Source: an uncultured delta proteobacterium (lineage in GTDB: Bacteria > Desulfobacterota > Binatia > UBA9968). From it: a DNA stretch of 64,000 nucleotides. The stretch covers positions 125,317 through 189,316 of the forward strand of contig CAVYTU010000016.1 in NCBI GenBank assembly GCA_963771465.1, written 5' to 3'. Positions 9,173 through 20,112 of the stretch are shown here, piece after piece. The translations under genes were made by a program, and so were the position numbers. The notes below the pieces were generated by a model. It did no database searches and was not told where the DNA came from. It saw only the letters and a list, made by a program, of their open reading frames with translations. Positions within the stretch are counted from its first letter, which is position 1. Each line of letters starts with the position of its first letter.

Positions 9173-10456
9173 TCAGTGCTGCGAAGCCAATAGCTTCTCT
9201 TTCCAGTAACTCTGCCAGTCCGACCGGTCGGTGATCACTTCGGAAACCACCGTCAAATGAGGAAAGCGATTCGCTGCTTCATTGCGGATCGTATGCGGCG
9301 CTTCTTTGCCGGCTTCGACGTCGCGTATCGCGCGCAGCACTTGGCGGCGTGCGGCGATGATGGCGCGGTCGCTCGAACCTAAGAATTCTTGACTGCGGTC
9401 GGCGATCTCGCCGCAGCCTTCGACGATCGCGGTGTCTTGCACGTTAAAAATTCGCCCCATGCCCGAGAAACTCCAGCTCTTCATCGATTCGCGGTCTTGC
9501 AGGTAACGATTCGCCTTGTTGCGCTTGGGCCTGTGGTCGGGTGTCAGCTCGTCGAGGATTTCCTGGTTGCGGCGAATGTCCTTTTCTTCCATCGGCGCGC
9601 TGCGGCGAAAAACGACGTCATAGCGCCAGTGGTGCGTGTCATCGATGGGTACGTGGCAATAAAGATTGTAGCCGTCGCCGGACATGGGCCCTGGGATCGT
9701 CGCCATGTTGGGCAAGATGAAATTGGTGACCCGGAAAAAGATTTGACCTTCCTCAGTATTCCGAAGCGAAAAAATACGCACGCCGTAATCCGTCTCTTCG
9801 GCTTCGATCTCCGGTGCGACGTCGACTTCATAAAGCGCCAGCGGCAGTTTGCCGTCGCTGCCTTTGACCGTGCGTTTCAAATTCTCTGGCACATTGGCTT
9901 GGCGGTGCAGATAAGAGACGTGGCTCGGATCGAGATTGCCCTCGTTGCCCTGGAAGTAATTGCACTCGTGAAAAATCTTCGTCACCAGCACGTGGCCGGC
10001 CGGCGCGAGGAACGGTTCGTAGTTGGGAAAAAGCGGCGGTTCGCCCGGTCCCAAGTAAGCGAAGATAATTCCGGCGTGCTCCTGACAAGGATAAGCCGGA
10101 TGGCGAACTTTCTCGCAAAAGCTTTTACCGGGCGCTTCGCAAGGTTGTTCGAGGCAGTTGCCGTGCCGGTCGTAAAGCCAGCCATGGTAGAGGCAGCGCA
10201 AACCGCCATTCTCAACTCGGCCATAACTTAGATCGGCGCGCCGGTGCGAACAGTGTAGACCGAGCAAGCCAAGCTGGCCTTGGCCGTCGCGAAACAAGAC
10301 GAGTTCTTCGCTCAAGATGCGTACCGGCAGCGGCGCGCCGTTGTCTGGCAACTCTTCAGCAAGCGCCACTGGCTGCCAGTAGCGGCGCAGCAAATTTCCG
10401 CCCGGTGTGCCCGGGCCGGTACGGGTGATCAGATCGTTTTCTTCTCGGGATAGCAT
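9173..10456 (-). CDS. Rieske non-heme iron oxygenase alpha subunit (phthalate 4,5-dioxygenase/LigX-like)
   Basis: CSHR..CLYHGW Rieske motif; NLDPSHVSYLH mononuclear Fe motif; MLSREEN start as in the 35016 paralog. Confidence 0.92.
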   Translation of the reverse strand: MLSREENDLITRTGPGTPGGNLLRRYWQPVALAEELPDNGAPLPVRILSEELVLFRDGQGQLGLLGLHCSHRRADLSYGRVENGGLRCLYHGWLYDRHGNCLEQPCEAPGKSFCEKVRHPAYPCQEHAGIIFAYLGPGEPPLFPNYEPFLAPAGHVLVTKIFHECNYFQGNEGNLDPSHVSYLHRQANVPENLKRTVKGSDGKLPLALYEVDVAPEIEAEETDYGVRIFSLRNTEEGQIFFRVTNFILPNMATIPGPMSGDGYNLYCHVPIDDTHHWRYDVVFRRSAPMEEKDIRRNQEILDELTPDHRPKRNKANRYLQDRESMKSWSFSGMGRIFNVQDTAIVEGCGEIADRSQEFLGSSDRAIIAARRQVLRAIRDVEAGKEAPHTIRNEAANRFPHLTVVSEVITDRSDWQSYWKEKLLASQH

Positions 10457-10660
10457 CTTACAATTTTGGATTGTGCCAGCGGCGCCGCCTTTGGATTGTC
10501 GTCCTAGTTTTATCATCTTCAGTCCGCGGTCGGCAATCGATGCTTACGAGACTCGGCCAATTTGACCGCAAAGAACTCAAAGGAGGCAAAGTCAGCGGCG
10601 GGGTTGCGAATCTGCGACAACTTCATCTATAGAGTGGGTCGAGTACGGTGGAGGTGAGCA

Positions 10661-11372
10661 ATGGCCAGCAGTTGGGAAAGTGTCAACGTCGATAACAGCA
10701 AAATGCCGCTCCATGTGAGCATACCGGAGACTGATCGAACGGTGCCCGGCCTCGTCGTCGTGCATGGAAAATCTGGTTTAGAAAATTTTATCAAGGATAC
10801 GACGCGTCTGTTCGCGCAGCTCGGTTACGCCGCGGTGGCGCCAAATCTCTATCACCGCGACGGTTCGGACTGTAAGGACGATGAGCGACATGCGCAAATC
10901 GCGTTTGCGCGATCCATCGATCATTAGAGATATCGAAGGCGCGGTCGGCTATCTCAAAAATCACAAACAAGTCGACAGCGGTAAGTTAGGCATCGTCGGC
11001 TTCTGCATGGGCGGTCGCATCGTCTATATGATGTCGGCGGCGAGCAAGGATTTGAAAGCGGGAGTGATCTTTTACGGCGGCGGCACGATGGTACCGTTCG
11101 GTGAAGGGCCATCGCCGTTCGATCGCACGCGTGAGATCAATTGCCCGATCCAAGGCCACTTCGGCGCCGATGATCAGAATCCATCACCGGCGGATGTGCG
11201 CAAGCTCGACGGGGAGCTGACGAAATTCGGCAAAGTGCATGAGTTCCACAGCTACGCCGGCGCTGCACACGCATTTGTGAATACGGGGTCGAGCAATTAC
11301 CGGCCGCATGCCGCGGCGTCATCATGGCCAAAAGCAATGGAGTTTTTTAGCAGACATTTGGTCGGGGAGTAG
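10661..11372 (+). CDS. Dienelactone hydrolase family protein, frameshift near 10885
   Basis: GGAGG RBS; AVAPNLYHR in one frame, GIVGFCMGG / GADD / AAHAF in the next. Confidence 0.85.
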
Positions 11373-11485
11373 GAGAACGTTCAATTTAAATACGGCACCA
11401 GAAATAGACCAATCGACCTATTTTCTCGGGTTGACATCATCAAACTAGTTGGCGCAAATAGGGCGCATAACACAAGGAGGTTTCT

Positions 11486-11924
11486 ATGGGACAGTTAAAA
11501 ATTGAAGGCGTTACGCACTGGTCGATACCGGTGAACAATTTGGACGAGTCGGAGAAGTTTTATGGCGATCTGCTCGGGTTGAAGCATCTTGGGCGGCTCG
11601 GCAACTCCGGCATGTCTTGCTTCAACGTCGGCGATCACAACATTTTACTCTGTCAGCGGTCGGCTGAGCGTGGATAAGTCGCATGTTGAAGATGCGAACG
11701 TGCACCATTCCTTCACGGTAACGCCAGACACTCTAGTGCAGGCATGCAAGGTTTTTTCCGAGAAGAAAATTCCCATCGACCGGCTTTATTACCGCGCCAA
11801 GGGATTTTTTACGGGGAGAGAACTTTATTTCTTCGATCCGAGCGGCAACCGTTTAGAATTGCGCGATCCAACTTGGAAGGCGGGCATGCCGGAGCAGACG
11901 TTCGAGGAGCTGGCGAAGTCTTAA
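11486..11924 (+). CDS. VOC/glyoxalase family protein, frameshift near 11665
   Basis: AAGGAGG RBS; THWSIPVNNLDESEKFYGDLLG followed by HHSF..YFFDPSGNRLE. Confidence 0.85.
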
Positions 11925-11934
11925 ATCCTGCCTT

Positions 11935-11997
11935 GCTTGAAACGAATGGAGCGGCTTGAACGATTTGAACCGTTGGAACGGCCAAATCGTTCAAGCC
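11935..11997. repeat. Family A repeat on the minus strand forming a perfect 15-bp hairpin; possible bidirectional terminator
   Basis: GGCTTGAACGATTTG (11953-11967) pairs with CAAATCGTTCAAGCC (11983-11997); lies between convergent genes. Confidence 0.8.
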
Positions 11998-12023
11998 TAT
12001 TTCATTGGAAAGATTTGCTGCGG

Positions 12024-12863
12024 CTATTTTTTTAGCACCGGAACGCCCGGTAGTTTGGTTTTCTCGTCGTAGTACTCTTGAGAAAACTCCGGTTTACGGC
12101 GCTCGGCGAATGCTGCCGATCCTTCGTCGTAGGCTTTGCTGCTGCGCAGGTGGGCGTAAAATTCACGGTGAATTTCGAAGCCTTTTTCCCAGCCCTGAAT
12201 CCCGTAGAGCAGCTTGTCTTCGACGAACTCCATTGTGTGCTCGGCAATCAGCCTGCCGTTGCGATTGATCGTCGTGGCGAGCTCGATGCAATCGTCAAGT
12301 AACTTGTCTGGTGCGCAGATCTTTTGCACAAGTCCTAAGCGAAAGGCGGTGTCAGCGTCGCAGAATTGGCCGGTGAGCGCGAACCAATAGCCCCATCCCG
12401 TGGGAATCTGGCATATATAACTCGGCCAGGCTGCTAAGTGCGACCAGCGCACTTCGCCGCAGCCAAATTTCGCCGCCGGCACGCAATAACGGATATGGCA
12501 GGCGAGCGCCAAGCCAAAACCACCGCCGACGGCGTAACCGTTGATTGCGGCGATGATCGGCTTGTGCATCTGCAGCGAGCGCGTGTTCGAATAGGGCCGT
12601 GGGCCGGAGCGTGGGCCGGTCATTTCACCGCGGGCGAAGGCGATGTTTTCTTTCAAGTCGCCGCCGGAGCAGAATGCGTCGGCAGTGCCGGTGAGGATGA
12701 TCGTCCAAACGTCATCGTCATCCTTGGCTTTGTGCCACGCTTCGTCGAGCGCCCAGTAGAGATCGCGGCTGATCGAGTTTTTCTTCTCCGGCCGATTGAG
12801 CCGGATGATCGCGATATGCGGATCGCGTTTTTCGTATACGCACAGGGGTCCTGGTTCTGCCAT
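12024..12863 (-). CDS. Enoyl-CoA hydratase/isomerase (crotonase) family protein
   Basis: LNRPEKKN, AFCSGGDL and KPIIAAINGYAVGGG motifs; GGAGGAGG RBS. Confidence 0.92.
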   Translation of the reverse strand: MAEPGPLCVYEKRDPHIAIIRLNRPEKKNSISRDLYWALDEAWHKAKDDDDVWTIILTGTADAFCSGGDLKENIAFARGEMTGPRSGPRPYSNTRSLQMHKPIIAAINGYAVGGGFGLALACHIRYCVPAAKFGCGEVRWSHLAAWPSYICQIPTGWGYWFALTGQFCDADTAFRLGLVQKICAPDKLLDDCIELATTINRNGRLIAEHTMEFVEDKLLYGIQGWEKGFEIHREFYAHLRSSKAYDEGSAAFAERRKPEFSQEYYDEKTKLPGVPVLKK

Positions 12864-12877
12864 TGTTCCTCCTCCTA

Positions 12878-12972
12878 GAAATGGAAAATTGAAAATGGAA
12901 AATTGAAAATGTTAGAACCCAATTCGGCGTAGATTTCTTTAATTATCAATTCTCAATTTTCATTTTTCAATT
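12878..12972. repeat. Inverted repeat with 7-bp-period arms (GAAAAT[G/T])n ... (AATT[C/T/A]TC)n
   Basis: GAAATG GAAAATT GAAAATG GAAAATT GAAAATG ... AATTATC AATTCTC AATTTTC ATTTTTC AATT; AT-rich island inside an operon. Confidence 0.88.
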
Positions 12973-12973
12973 A

Positions 12974-14182
12974 TTAATAAAGCACTTTCTCTTCATCCAA
13001 CTTTTTGATCTCTTCATTACTTAGGCCGAGCAAGTTGCGCGCGATCTCATGGGTGTGCTCGCCCATGAGCGGCGCAACGCCGCGCACTTTGCCGGGCGTC
13101 AATGACATGCGCATCGGCACGTTCTCCGTGACCATGTCGCCGCCTTCGGGCTCGTTCATATGCACCAGAAAACCGGTGGCGGCGTACTGCTTGTCGTTTT
13201 TAAACTGGTCTTCAACGTCCTGCACGACAGCGGCGCAAACATCGACGCCTTGGACCAACTCCATCACTTCGTACGGATCGTGCTCGATCGTCCAGCTCGT
13301 CACCCATTTGTCCAACGCTTCTTTGTGACGCACGCGCCCGAGATGCGTGGCGAACTTTGCGTCGCGCTTGGAGCCTGATTTTTCAACTAACGTGGCGAAG
13401 CGCTCCCACTCCTCGTCGTTGTAGACCGCGATCACACACCAGCGGTCGTCGCCTTTGCATTGATACGGGCCGTAGGGCGCGGCGATGAGGCTGCGATTGC
13501 CTTCGGGTTTGGGTTCACGCTTGTTGACGTTGTATTCAAGATACTTTGGGCCGAGGATCGATGCGCCGATTTCTTGTTGCGCGCTGTCGATCCACTGGCC
13601 GCGGCCGGTTTTTTTACGCTCCATCAACGCCAGCACGACGCCGAACGCGCCGGTCACGCCGCCCATGAAATCGGGGTGCTGCGTGCGCGGCTCGGCGGTG
13701 GCCGTAGTGGCGCCGGGATAATTCCATAAATAAGTCGTCGCCATGGTGTTGCCGACGTTGGGACCGTAGGTGAGATCGGCGGCGTGCGGACCGGTGCAGC
13801 CCATGCCTTTGACGCGGATCAAAATGATTCGCGGATTGATCAATTGCAGATCGGGCCAGTCGAGGCCCCATTTTTCTAAAATGCCCAAGCCAAAGTTTTC
13901 CACCAGCACGTCGGATTTTTTTGCCAGCTCTTTTACCAGTTCGCGGCCCTTCGGTGTTTGCATGTTGACCGTGAACGATTTTTTGCCGCGCTGGAGTTTC
14001 ATGAAGTCAGGCTTTTTGTTCCACAGCTTGGGATCCTCGCCGCGATGGCCGTCACCGCGCAGACGAGTCTCGCAACGAATCACTTCGGCGCCAAACTCAC
14101 ACAACACGCGCGCCACGGTCGGTCCGGCGGCGCCGGTGGTAAGCTCGATAACGCGAATGCCTTCAAGGGGTAGCTTGCTCAT
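12974..14182 (-). CDS. Class III CoA-transferase (CaiB/BaiF; BbsF-like, catalytic Asp present)
   Basis: PLEGIRVIEL, GKKS, DVLVENF, HPDFMGG and APLMGEH motifs. Confidence 0.92.
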   Translation of the reverse strand: MSKLPLEGIRVIELTTGAAGPTVARVLCEFGAEVIRCETRLRGDGHRGEDPKLWNKKPDFMKLQRGKKSFTVNMQTPKGRELVKELAKKSDVLVENFGLGILEKWGLDWPDLQLINPRIILIRVKGMGCTGPHAADLTYGPNVGNTMATTYLWNYPGATTATAEPRTQHPDFMGGVTGAFGVVLALMERKKTGRGQWIDSAQQEIGASILGPKYLEYNVNKREPKPEGNRSLIAAPYGPYQCKGDDRWCVIAVYNDEEWERFATLVEKSGSKRDAKFATHLGRVRHKEALDKWVTSWTIEHDPYEVMELVQGVDVCAAVVQDVEDQFKNDKQYAATGFLVHMNEPEGGDMVTENVPMRMSLTPGKVRGVAPLMGEHTHEIARNLLGLSNEEIKKLDEEKVLY

Positions 14183-14274
14183 ATGAATTCTTTCCTACTT
14201 TGTTTTACCTTTAAGTATTGCAGTGAAGGAGTGTCGGGAATAGCTATTCCGCGGTATTCCATCACTCATTCTTC

Positions 14275-15480
14275 TCAGATCACTCCTTCGGCGCGCAGCG
14301 CGACGAGATCGTCGTTGTTCATGCCGAGATCGCCGATGAAAACTTCTTGGTTATGCTCACCGAGCAGCGGCGCGGCGCGGTGGATGGCGCCGGGAGTTTC
14401 CATCAGGCGCGGCACGACGCCGAACTGTTTATACTTGCCGATCACCGGATGCTCCATATCGACAAACAGCCCGCGCGCTTTGGTTTGCTCCATCTCGATA
14501 AATTCGCCGGCCGTATTAATTGGCGTAACGGCGATACGGCGCTTTTGGCCTTGTTCGTAAAGTTCTTCTTTGGTGTGGCGCGCGCAGAACTCGGCGATGG
14601 CGCCGACGACGATTTCCGGATGCTTGCGCCGGAACGCCATCTTTTCGAACTCCGGCCCGGCGATGGATGCCGGCTTGCCCATCCAGTCGACCAGGCGGCG
14701 CCACTGTTCGATGGGGATGATGAAGATGCGCGCGTAGCCGTTCTTGGTTTGATACGGGTCGTAGAGGTCGGTCTCTTCGCCTTTGCGTGACGCGCGCGCC
14801 GGCTTTTCGCCGGTGTATCCGAAGTTGGGGATAAAATAGCCGGCGATGTGGCCGCCACATTCGTGCATCGACACGTCGATGTGTTGGCCTTTGCCGCTTT
14901 CCAGCCGGTGATAAAGCGCGACGGCGATGCCGAACGCTCCGTAAGTCGATGCCATGCCGTAAGCGATTTCTCCAGGCGGTTGCAGCGGCGGCTCGCCCGG
15001 TTCGCCGGCGAGATAGAGCAGGTTGCCCAGTGCGATGCCCGCCATGTCGTTGGCTTTGTAATCTTTCCACGGACCGCTCTGGCCGAAGGGCGTGATCGAG
15101 GCGACAATCAGCGCCGGATTGACGGCGCTCAAGTCTTGATAGGTAAGCCGCAACTCTTGCGCCCGCGACGGTCGATACGTTTCGATGACGACATCCGCTT
15201 TCTTACACAACTCGAGCAAGATCGCGCGGCCGTCGGGTTTTTCCACATCGAGGGTAATGCCACGCTTGTTGGTGTTGAAGTGAAGGAAGTAGAGACTTTT
15301 CTCCGGGTGCGGCGCGTCGTCTTTGAACGGCGGGATGCGGCGCGATTCGTCGCCTGACGGCGCTTCGACTTTGATCACGTCGGCGCCCATGTCGGCGAGC
15401 AGTTTGGTGCAGTGCAAGCTCAGCGGCCCGCCGAGATCGAGCACGCGGTAGCCGGTTAACGGTCCTGATGGAGTTGGCAT
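14275..15480 (-). CDS. Class III CoA-transferase (BbsE-like, catalytic Asp replaced)
   Basis: LADMGADVIKVE, NTNKRGITLD, APLLGEHN; GEIAYGMAS lies at the Asp position. Confidence 0.92.
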   Translation of the reverse strand: MPTPSGPLTGYRVLDLGGPLSLHCTKLLADMGADVIKVEAPSGDESRRIPPFKDDAPHPEKSLYFLHFNTNKRGITLDVEKPDGRAILLELCKKADVVIETYRPSRAQELRLTYQDLSAVNPALIVASITPFGQSGPWKDYKANDMAGIALGNLLYLAGEPGEPPLQPPGEIAYGMASTYGAFGIAVALYHRLESGKGQHIDVSMHECGGHIAGYFIPNFGYTGEKPARASRKGEETDLYDPYQTKNGYARIFIIPIEQWRRLVDWMGKPASIAGPEFEKMAFRRKHPEIVVGAIAEFCARHTKEELYEQGQKRRIAVTPINTAGEFIEMEQTKARGLFVDMEHPVIGKYKQFGVVPRLMETPGAIHRAAPLLGEHNQEVFIGDLGMNNDDLVALRAEGVI

Positions 15481-15519
15481 GAAATTCCTCGACTGAAATT
15501 GACAATGTATTCGACGAGA

Positions 15520-15548
15520 TTCTTACTTGGATAAAAGATTTGTGTCAA
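15520..15548 (-). promoter_or_regulatory. Putative sigma70 promoter for the CoA-transferase operon
   Basis: Minus strand TTGACA-N17-TAAGAA about 40 nt upstream of ATG 15480. Confidence 0.4.
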
Positions 15549-15825
15549 GGCACGTGCACGCAGTGTTGCGTTTTGGGTCTCCAGATTTGCGTTTGGACTT
15601 TGGTGCGCGGTAAGGACGCAAACAAACTGTCGCGGCGACCGGCCGGTCGTCGTTACAAATCGCGCCTTTAATTAACGATTATCTACCGTGATGAAATTTT
15701 CAATTTACAAGCGGGCGCAATCTTAGTAAGTATCGGAGCGGTGAACGATCGGCGCCGCTCGAAGGGCACAGTCTCTTCGTACTCGGTGACGATCACCTGC
15801 TAACCTCAAGCTTGGACGCCAATAT

Positions 15826-16890
15826 ATGCTCACGTTAAGGCGATCGCGCCTTCTGCACGGACCGGCAACAGTTATATTTGCGCTTTTGTTGTTGATAGAA
15901 AGTCCAACTCTTTTCGCGCAGACATCGTTCTTTGAAGGCAAAACCGTCAGAATCATCGTCGGTTACCCGGCTGGAACCACGCACGATGCCTGGGCGAGGC
16001 TTATAGCCCTGTACATGAAGAAGCACATAGCGGGCAACCCTGATTTCATCGTTCAGTCGATGCCGGGCGCGGGCTCCTTAGTGGCGGCCAACTATATTTA
16101 TGGCATCGCGAAACCGGACGGGCTCACGCTTGCTACCTTCAATGCGGCGCTCTATTTCGAGCAACTGATCGGGCGCAAGGAGGCACAATTCGATTGGCCG
16201 AAAATGACGTGGATCGGCAGCTCCACACCGGCGACCCGATTGTTTTACATTCGCGCCGACTCGCCCTACGCGGCTATCCCGGAGCTGCGCAAAGCGGCCG
16301 ATCCGCCCAAGTGCGGCACCGCGGGACGCGGCACCACCGGTTATATTTTGCCGAAACTGTTTGAGGAATCGCTGGGGCTGAAACTTGCCATCGTCAGCGG
16401 TTATCCGGGCGGAGTAGAAGTCGATTTAGCCATTGAGAAGGGCGAGATCCAGTGCAATTCAACTTCGTTGTCGGTGTTTTTCGGACGCGAGCCATTTCAC
16501 ACTTGGCGCAAGAAAAACTTTGTTCGCGTGCTGATTCAAACCGGCCGCAGGCGCGATAGCCGGTTGCCCGAGGTGCCGACGATTTTCGAGCTGATGGACC
16601 AATACAAGACACTGGAAGAAAGCCGCCGTTTAACCAACGTGTTCCTCGATGCCGGCCGATTCGGCTCTTGGCCGATTGTCGCTTCCCCCGGGGTTGCTGC
16701 CGATCGCGTGAAAACACTCCGCGACGCTTTCGCGAAGGCCGCCAACGATCCTGCGTTGCTGGCCGAAGCTAACAAGAAACAGTTGGAAGTCGAACCGATT
16801 CGGGGCGAGGAGCTTGACCTGCTGGCGAAGGAAGTCATGGCCCAGCCAAAGGAAGTGATCGAGCGGATGAAAGAGCTGTTAGGTAATTAA
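15826..16890 (+). CDS. TctC/Bug tripartite tricarboxylate transporter substrate-binding protein
   Basis: Signal peptide; FFEGKTVRIIVGYPAG, MPGAGS and AKPDGLT motifs. Confidence 0.9.
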   Translation: MLTLRRSRLLHGPATVIFALLLLIESPTLFAQTSFFEGKTVRIIVGYPAGTTHDAWARLIALYMKKHIAGNPDFIVQSMPGAGSLVAANYIYGIAKPDGLTLATFNAALYFEQLIGRKEAQFDWPKMTWIGSSTPATRLFYIRADSPYAAIPELRKAADPPKCGTAGRGTTGYILPKLFEESLGLKLAIVSGYPGGVEVDLAIEKGEIQCNSTSLSVFFGREPFHTWRKKNFVRVLIQTGRRRDSRLPEVPTIFELMDQYKTLEESRRLTNVFLDAGRFGSWPIVASPGVAADRVKTLRDAFAKAANDPALLAEANKKQLEVEPIRGEELDLLAKEVMAQPKEVIERMKELLGN

Positions 16891-16999
16891 AGACGACGCC
16901 ATAGTCTCAAAAGTTTGTTATAGGGTCGACAAACGTGTAACCGCCGCCCAGGAATGAAAGTTGGCTTCGAGACGCCAGCCTATGGCCGCCTGAAAATTT

Positions 17000-17992
17000 A
17001 TGCAAAACGCTCTTGCCCGCGCATTGGTTGTCACGGCAATTCTGTTCACTGTATCTCGCGGATCGGTTTGTGCCGCCGACAAGTTGCGTGTCGCCTACGT
17101 CAGTCCGAGCGTCTCTTTGTCGCTGCCGTGGGTCGCTAAGGAGCTGGGGATTTAGCGAAGCATGATTTGTTTGCCGAGATTCTTCTCATCACCGGCAGCC
17201 CGCGTTTGGTTCAGTCTTTGATCGCCGGCGACGTCGATGTCGTATTCGCCGGCGTCACCGCGATCACTCGCGCACGGCTGCGCGGCGCGGAGGTTTCGAT
17301 CCTCGGCGCCGCGGCCAATCTTTCCAGTCAGAAGTTGATGGTGAGCAGGAACTCGAAAATACGCCGGCTCGAGGAGGTGAAAGGCGCGGCCGTCGGCGTG
17401 TCGCAATTTGGCTCCGAAGCCGACACCTTTACACGCAACGCGCTGGCGACGGTCGGACTGCGACCGGATCGGGACGTAACGTTTCTGCAACTCGGCGGCC
17501 ATCCGCAGGTCGCCGCCGCCATGGCCGCGGGGAAACTGGAAGTCGGCGCCCTCGCTGGACTGGTGGCGCTCACTGCTGAGCGCGCCGGCGGGCGGCTGCT
17601 GACCAGCGCGGTCCAGCTGAAGATTCTATCGCCCTCCGGGACTTTCGCGACTACGCGCGGTTATATTCAGCGCAAAAGAAGCGTTGTCGATCGGCTGATG
17701 CGCTCCTTCGCCGAAGCCGTGCATTATCTCAAAACCAACCGCAGCGGCTCGATCCGCTTTGCTGCAAAAATATTTTGGCGGCTTGAACGCGGAAGAGGCT
17801 GCGTATCTGTATGACGAACAAGTCGATCTTTTAGAACGAGTGCCCGCGCCGAATGAAAAGGCGCTTCAAGCCGTGCTCGAGCGCGAGAACGATGCGAAAT
17901 TGAAAACCATGTCACCGGCGGATTTCATCGACGCGAGCTTTTTTCGTGAGATTGAAAAGAGCGGCTTGATTGAGCAACTGTATCGGAAGTAG
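17000..17992 (+). CDS. NMT1/SsuA-like substrate-binding protein, frameshifts near 17152 and 17760
   Basis: MQNALARALVVTAILF..AADKLRVAYVSPS..WVAKELGI joins ORF 17167, then ORF 17759 (..EKSGLIEQLYRK). Confidence 0.8.
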
Positions 17993-18111
17993 AGTTGGCG
18001 ATGGAGCGTCGGGCACAAAGACGATGAACCAACGATTATCTCGCGCAAAGGCGTAAAGGTAGAAGCATCGTCGAACAGTAACCGGGCTTTGAAACAGAAG
18101 GGAGAAAAACA

Positions 18112-18474
18112 ATGGCACGCATTCGACACATCGCATTGCTGACAAAGGATACCGAAAAACTGGCCGGGTTTTATAAGGCGTCTTTCGGTCTCGGTGAGGT
18201 CGCTCGCAGCGGTGAAGCCAGCGAGCATGGCCAGGCGATTTATCTGTCCGACGGCCATATCAATTTGGCGATTCTTCCGGCGCACAACCGGCGCGAGGGG
18301 ATCTACCATTTCGGCATGGAAGTAGAAAACGTCAAAGGTGCGACGGAAATCGCGCTCGCCGCAGGCGCCACCGGCGGCACCGCCAATCTCCCCCGTGATG
18401 GACGTTTCGCCGAAACGTTTGTGCTCGATCCGGTGGGCACCCGTGTCGATCTATCGCTGGGATGGAAGGTGTAA
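18112..18474 (+). CDS. VOC/glyoxalase family protein
   Basis: IRHIAL, LSDGHINLAIL, YHFGMEV, DPVGTRVDLS; GGAG RBS. Confidence 0.9.
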   Translation: MARIRHIALLTKDTEKLAGFYKASFGLGEVARSGEASEHGQAIYLSDGHINLAILPAHNRREGIYHFGMEVENVKGATEIALAAGATGGTANLPRDGRFAETFVLDPVGTRVDLSLGWKV

Positions 18475-18593
18475 AGCGATCATCAAGATTCTCCTTACCA
18501 ACGGCGCTGTACGTGCGCGCGAGCTGGCAGTTTGTCGCACAACAATTTTGCGCGGATCGCAGCTTATCCGTTGACTGCTTATAAGGAGGGATT

Positions 18594-18959
18594 ATGTCGA
18601 TCAAGCTGAATCACACAATTGTGCCGGCCAAGGACAAAGATGCTGCGGCGCGATTCTTCGCCAAGATTTTTGGCCTCAAATACGATGGACCGATGGGTCA
18701 TTTTGCGCCGGTGCGGGTCAACGAAGAGCTGACGCTCGACTTCGATGACGCCGAGTCCTTCGAGTCGCATCATTATGCGTTTCACGTTAGCGATGACGAA
18801 TTCGATGCGATCTTCCAGCGTATCCAGGAAGCCGGCATTACCTGGGGCAGCGAGCCTCGGAGTCCGACGAACGGCCAATTGAATACGCGCAAGGGCGGCC
18901 GCGGCGTCTACTTTCACGGTCCCGACGGTCACTTGCTCGAACTGCTCACACGCGCTTGA
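18594..18959 (+). CDS. VOC/glyoxalase family protein
   Basis: LNHTIV, HYAFHV, GRGVYFHGPDGHLLE; AAGGAGG RBS. Confidence 0.92.
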   Translation: MSIKLNHTIVPAKDKDAAARFFAKIFGLKYDGPMGHFAPVRVNEELTLDFDDAESFESHHYAFHVSDDEFDAIFQRIQEAGITWGSEPRSPTNGQLNTRKGGRGVYFHGPDGHLLELLTRA

Positions 18960-19201
18960 GCGAACCGAATAATCAAACTCGCATCCCTCGAAGAAGTTGG
19001 CTCTCCGCTTCGCGTTTTCGAGCAATCGTTTCACACCGAGCTGAACATCACTGTCTTAGTAACGGCGGTGCCAACATGGATTTTTGACTTACCTATCTGA
19101 TTGGGCCCTTTACAAATCAAGCCGAGGCGATAGACTTCACGCTTTCCACATTCGGATTTTGCTTTGCCGTGCTCCGGGTTTTGTTTCTCAAGGAGGACGT
19201 T

Positions 19202-20065
19202 ATGACGAAAGCGAAATTAACGCTTAGCCTGTTGCTGGCGACGTTGATTCTTGGCGGCACGGTCTTGGGGCAGGAATTGGACGGGACGCTGAAGAAGATT
19301 AAAACGTCGGGCACACTTAACCTTGGCTATCGCGAGGCGGCGCCGCCATTTTCTTTCCCGGGACCAGACCGGCAGCCGGTAGGCTATTCCGTTGACCTCT
19401 GTACGCATGTCGCGGGCGCGATTCAAAAACAACTCGGAGTCAGTCTCAAACTCAATTGGGTGCCGGTCACGGCCGAGAATCGAATTGATATGGTGGCGCA
19501 GGGGAAAGTCGATATCGAATGCGGCACGACCACCGCTAGCCTTTCGCGTCAGGAGCGAGTGGACTTCAGCCTGATGACTTTTGTCGACGGCGGCGGCTTG
19601 CTGACCAAGTCGGACTTGAATCTCCGCGCCATGGCCGATCTTGCCGACAAGCGCGTCGCGGTGATCCCCGGGACGACCACGGAGACTGCGCTGACAAAGT
19701 TTTTAAAAGAGGAGTTCGTTACGGTTCAGTTGGTCCGCGTCAAAGACCATTTGGAGGGGCGCGGCGCCGTCGAGAAGGGCTTGGCCGAAGCTTTCGCGTC
19801 CGACAGGGGAATCTTGATCGGGCTCGTCATAACGGCGAAGGAACCGTCGAGCTTTACCATACCGAATATTCTGTTCTCATTTGAGCCTTATGGATTCATG
19901 GTGCCGCGCAACGACGCGGCGTTCCGCCTCGCTGTCAATCGGGCGCTGGCCGAGCTCTATCGCTCAGGTGGCGTATTGCAGCTCTACGAGCGCTGGTTTG
20001 GCGCACTCGGCAAGCCGAGCCCGGCACTTCAGGCCATGTATCTTCTCAATGCGCTGCCCGAATAA
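19202..20065 (+). CDS. Amino acid ABC transporter substrate-binding protein (GltI-like)
   Basis: TLKKIKTSG..GYREAAPPFS, GYSVDLC, VDIECG, EPYG; AAGGAGG RBS. Confidence 0.9.
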   Translation: MTKAKLTLSLLLATLILGGTVLGQELDGTLKKIKTSGTLNLGYREAAPPFSFPGPDRQPVGYSVDLCTHVAGAIQKQLGVSLKLNWVPVTAENRIDMVAQGKVDIECGTTTASLSRQERVDFSLMTFVDGGGLLTKSDLNLRAMADLADKRVAVIPGTTTETALTKFLKEEFVTVQLVRVKDHLEGRGAVEKGLAEAFASDRGILIGLVITAKEPSSFTIPNILFSFEPYGFMVPRNDAAFRLAVNRALAELYRSGGVLQLYERWFGALGKPSPALQAMYLLNALPE

Positions 20066-20112
20066 GGAATGGCGCTCTCGGCAAAATTTTTTGAAGCAAA
20101 AGGCAAAATCCT

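Noticed and set aside
17149-17160. Pyrrolysine-type TAG readthrough in the SBP gene
   Set aside because: The protein continues in a different frame, and one missing T restores ATT TTA GCG AAG.
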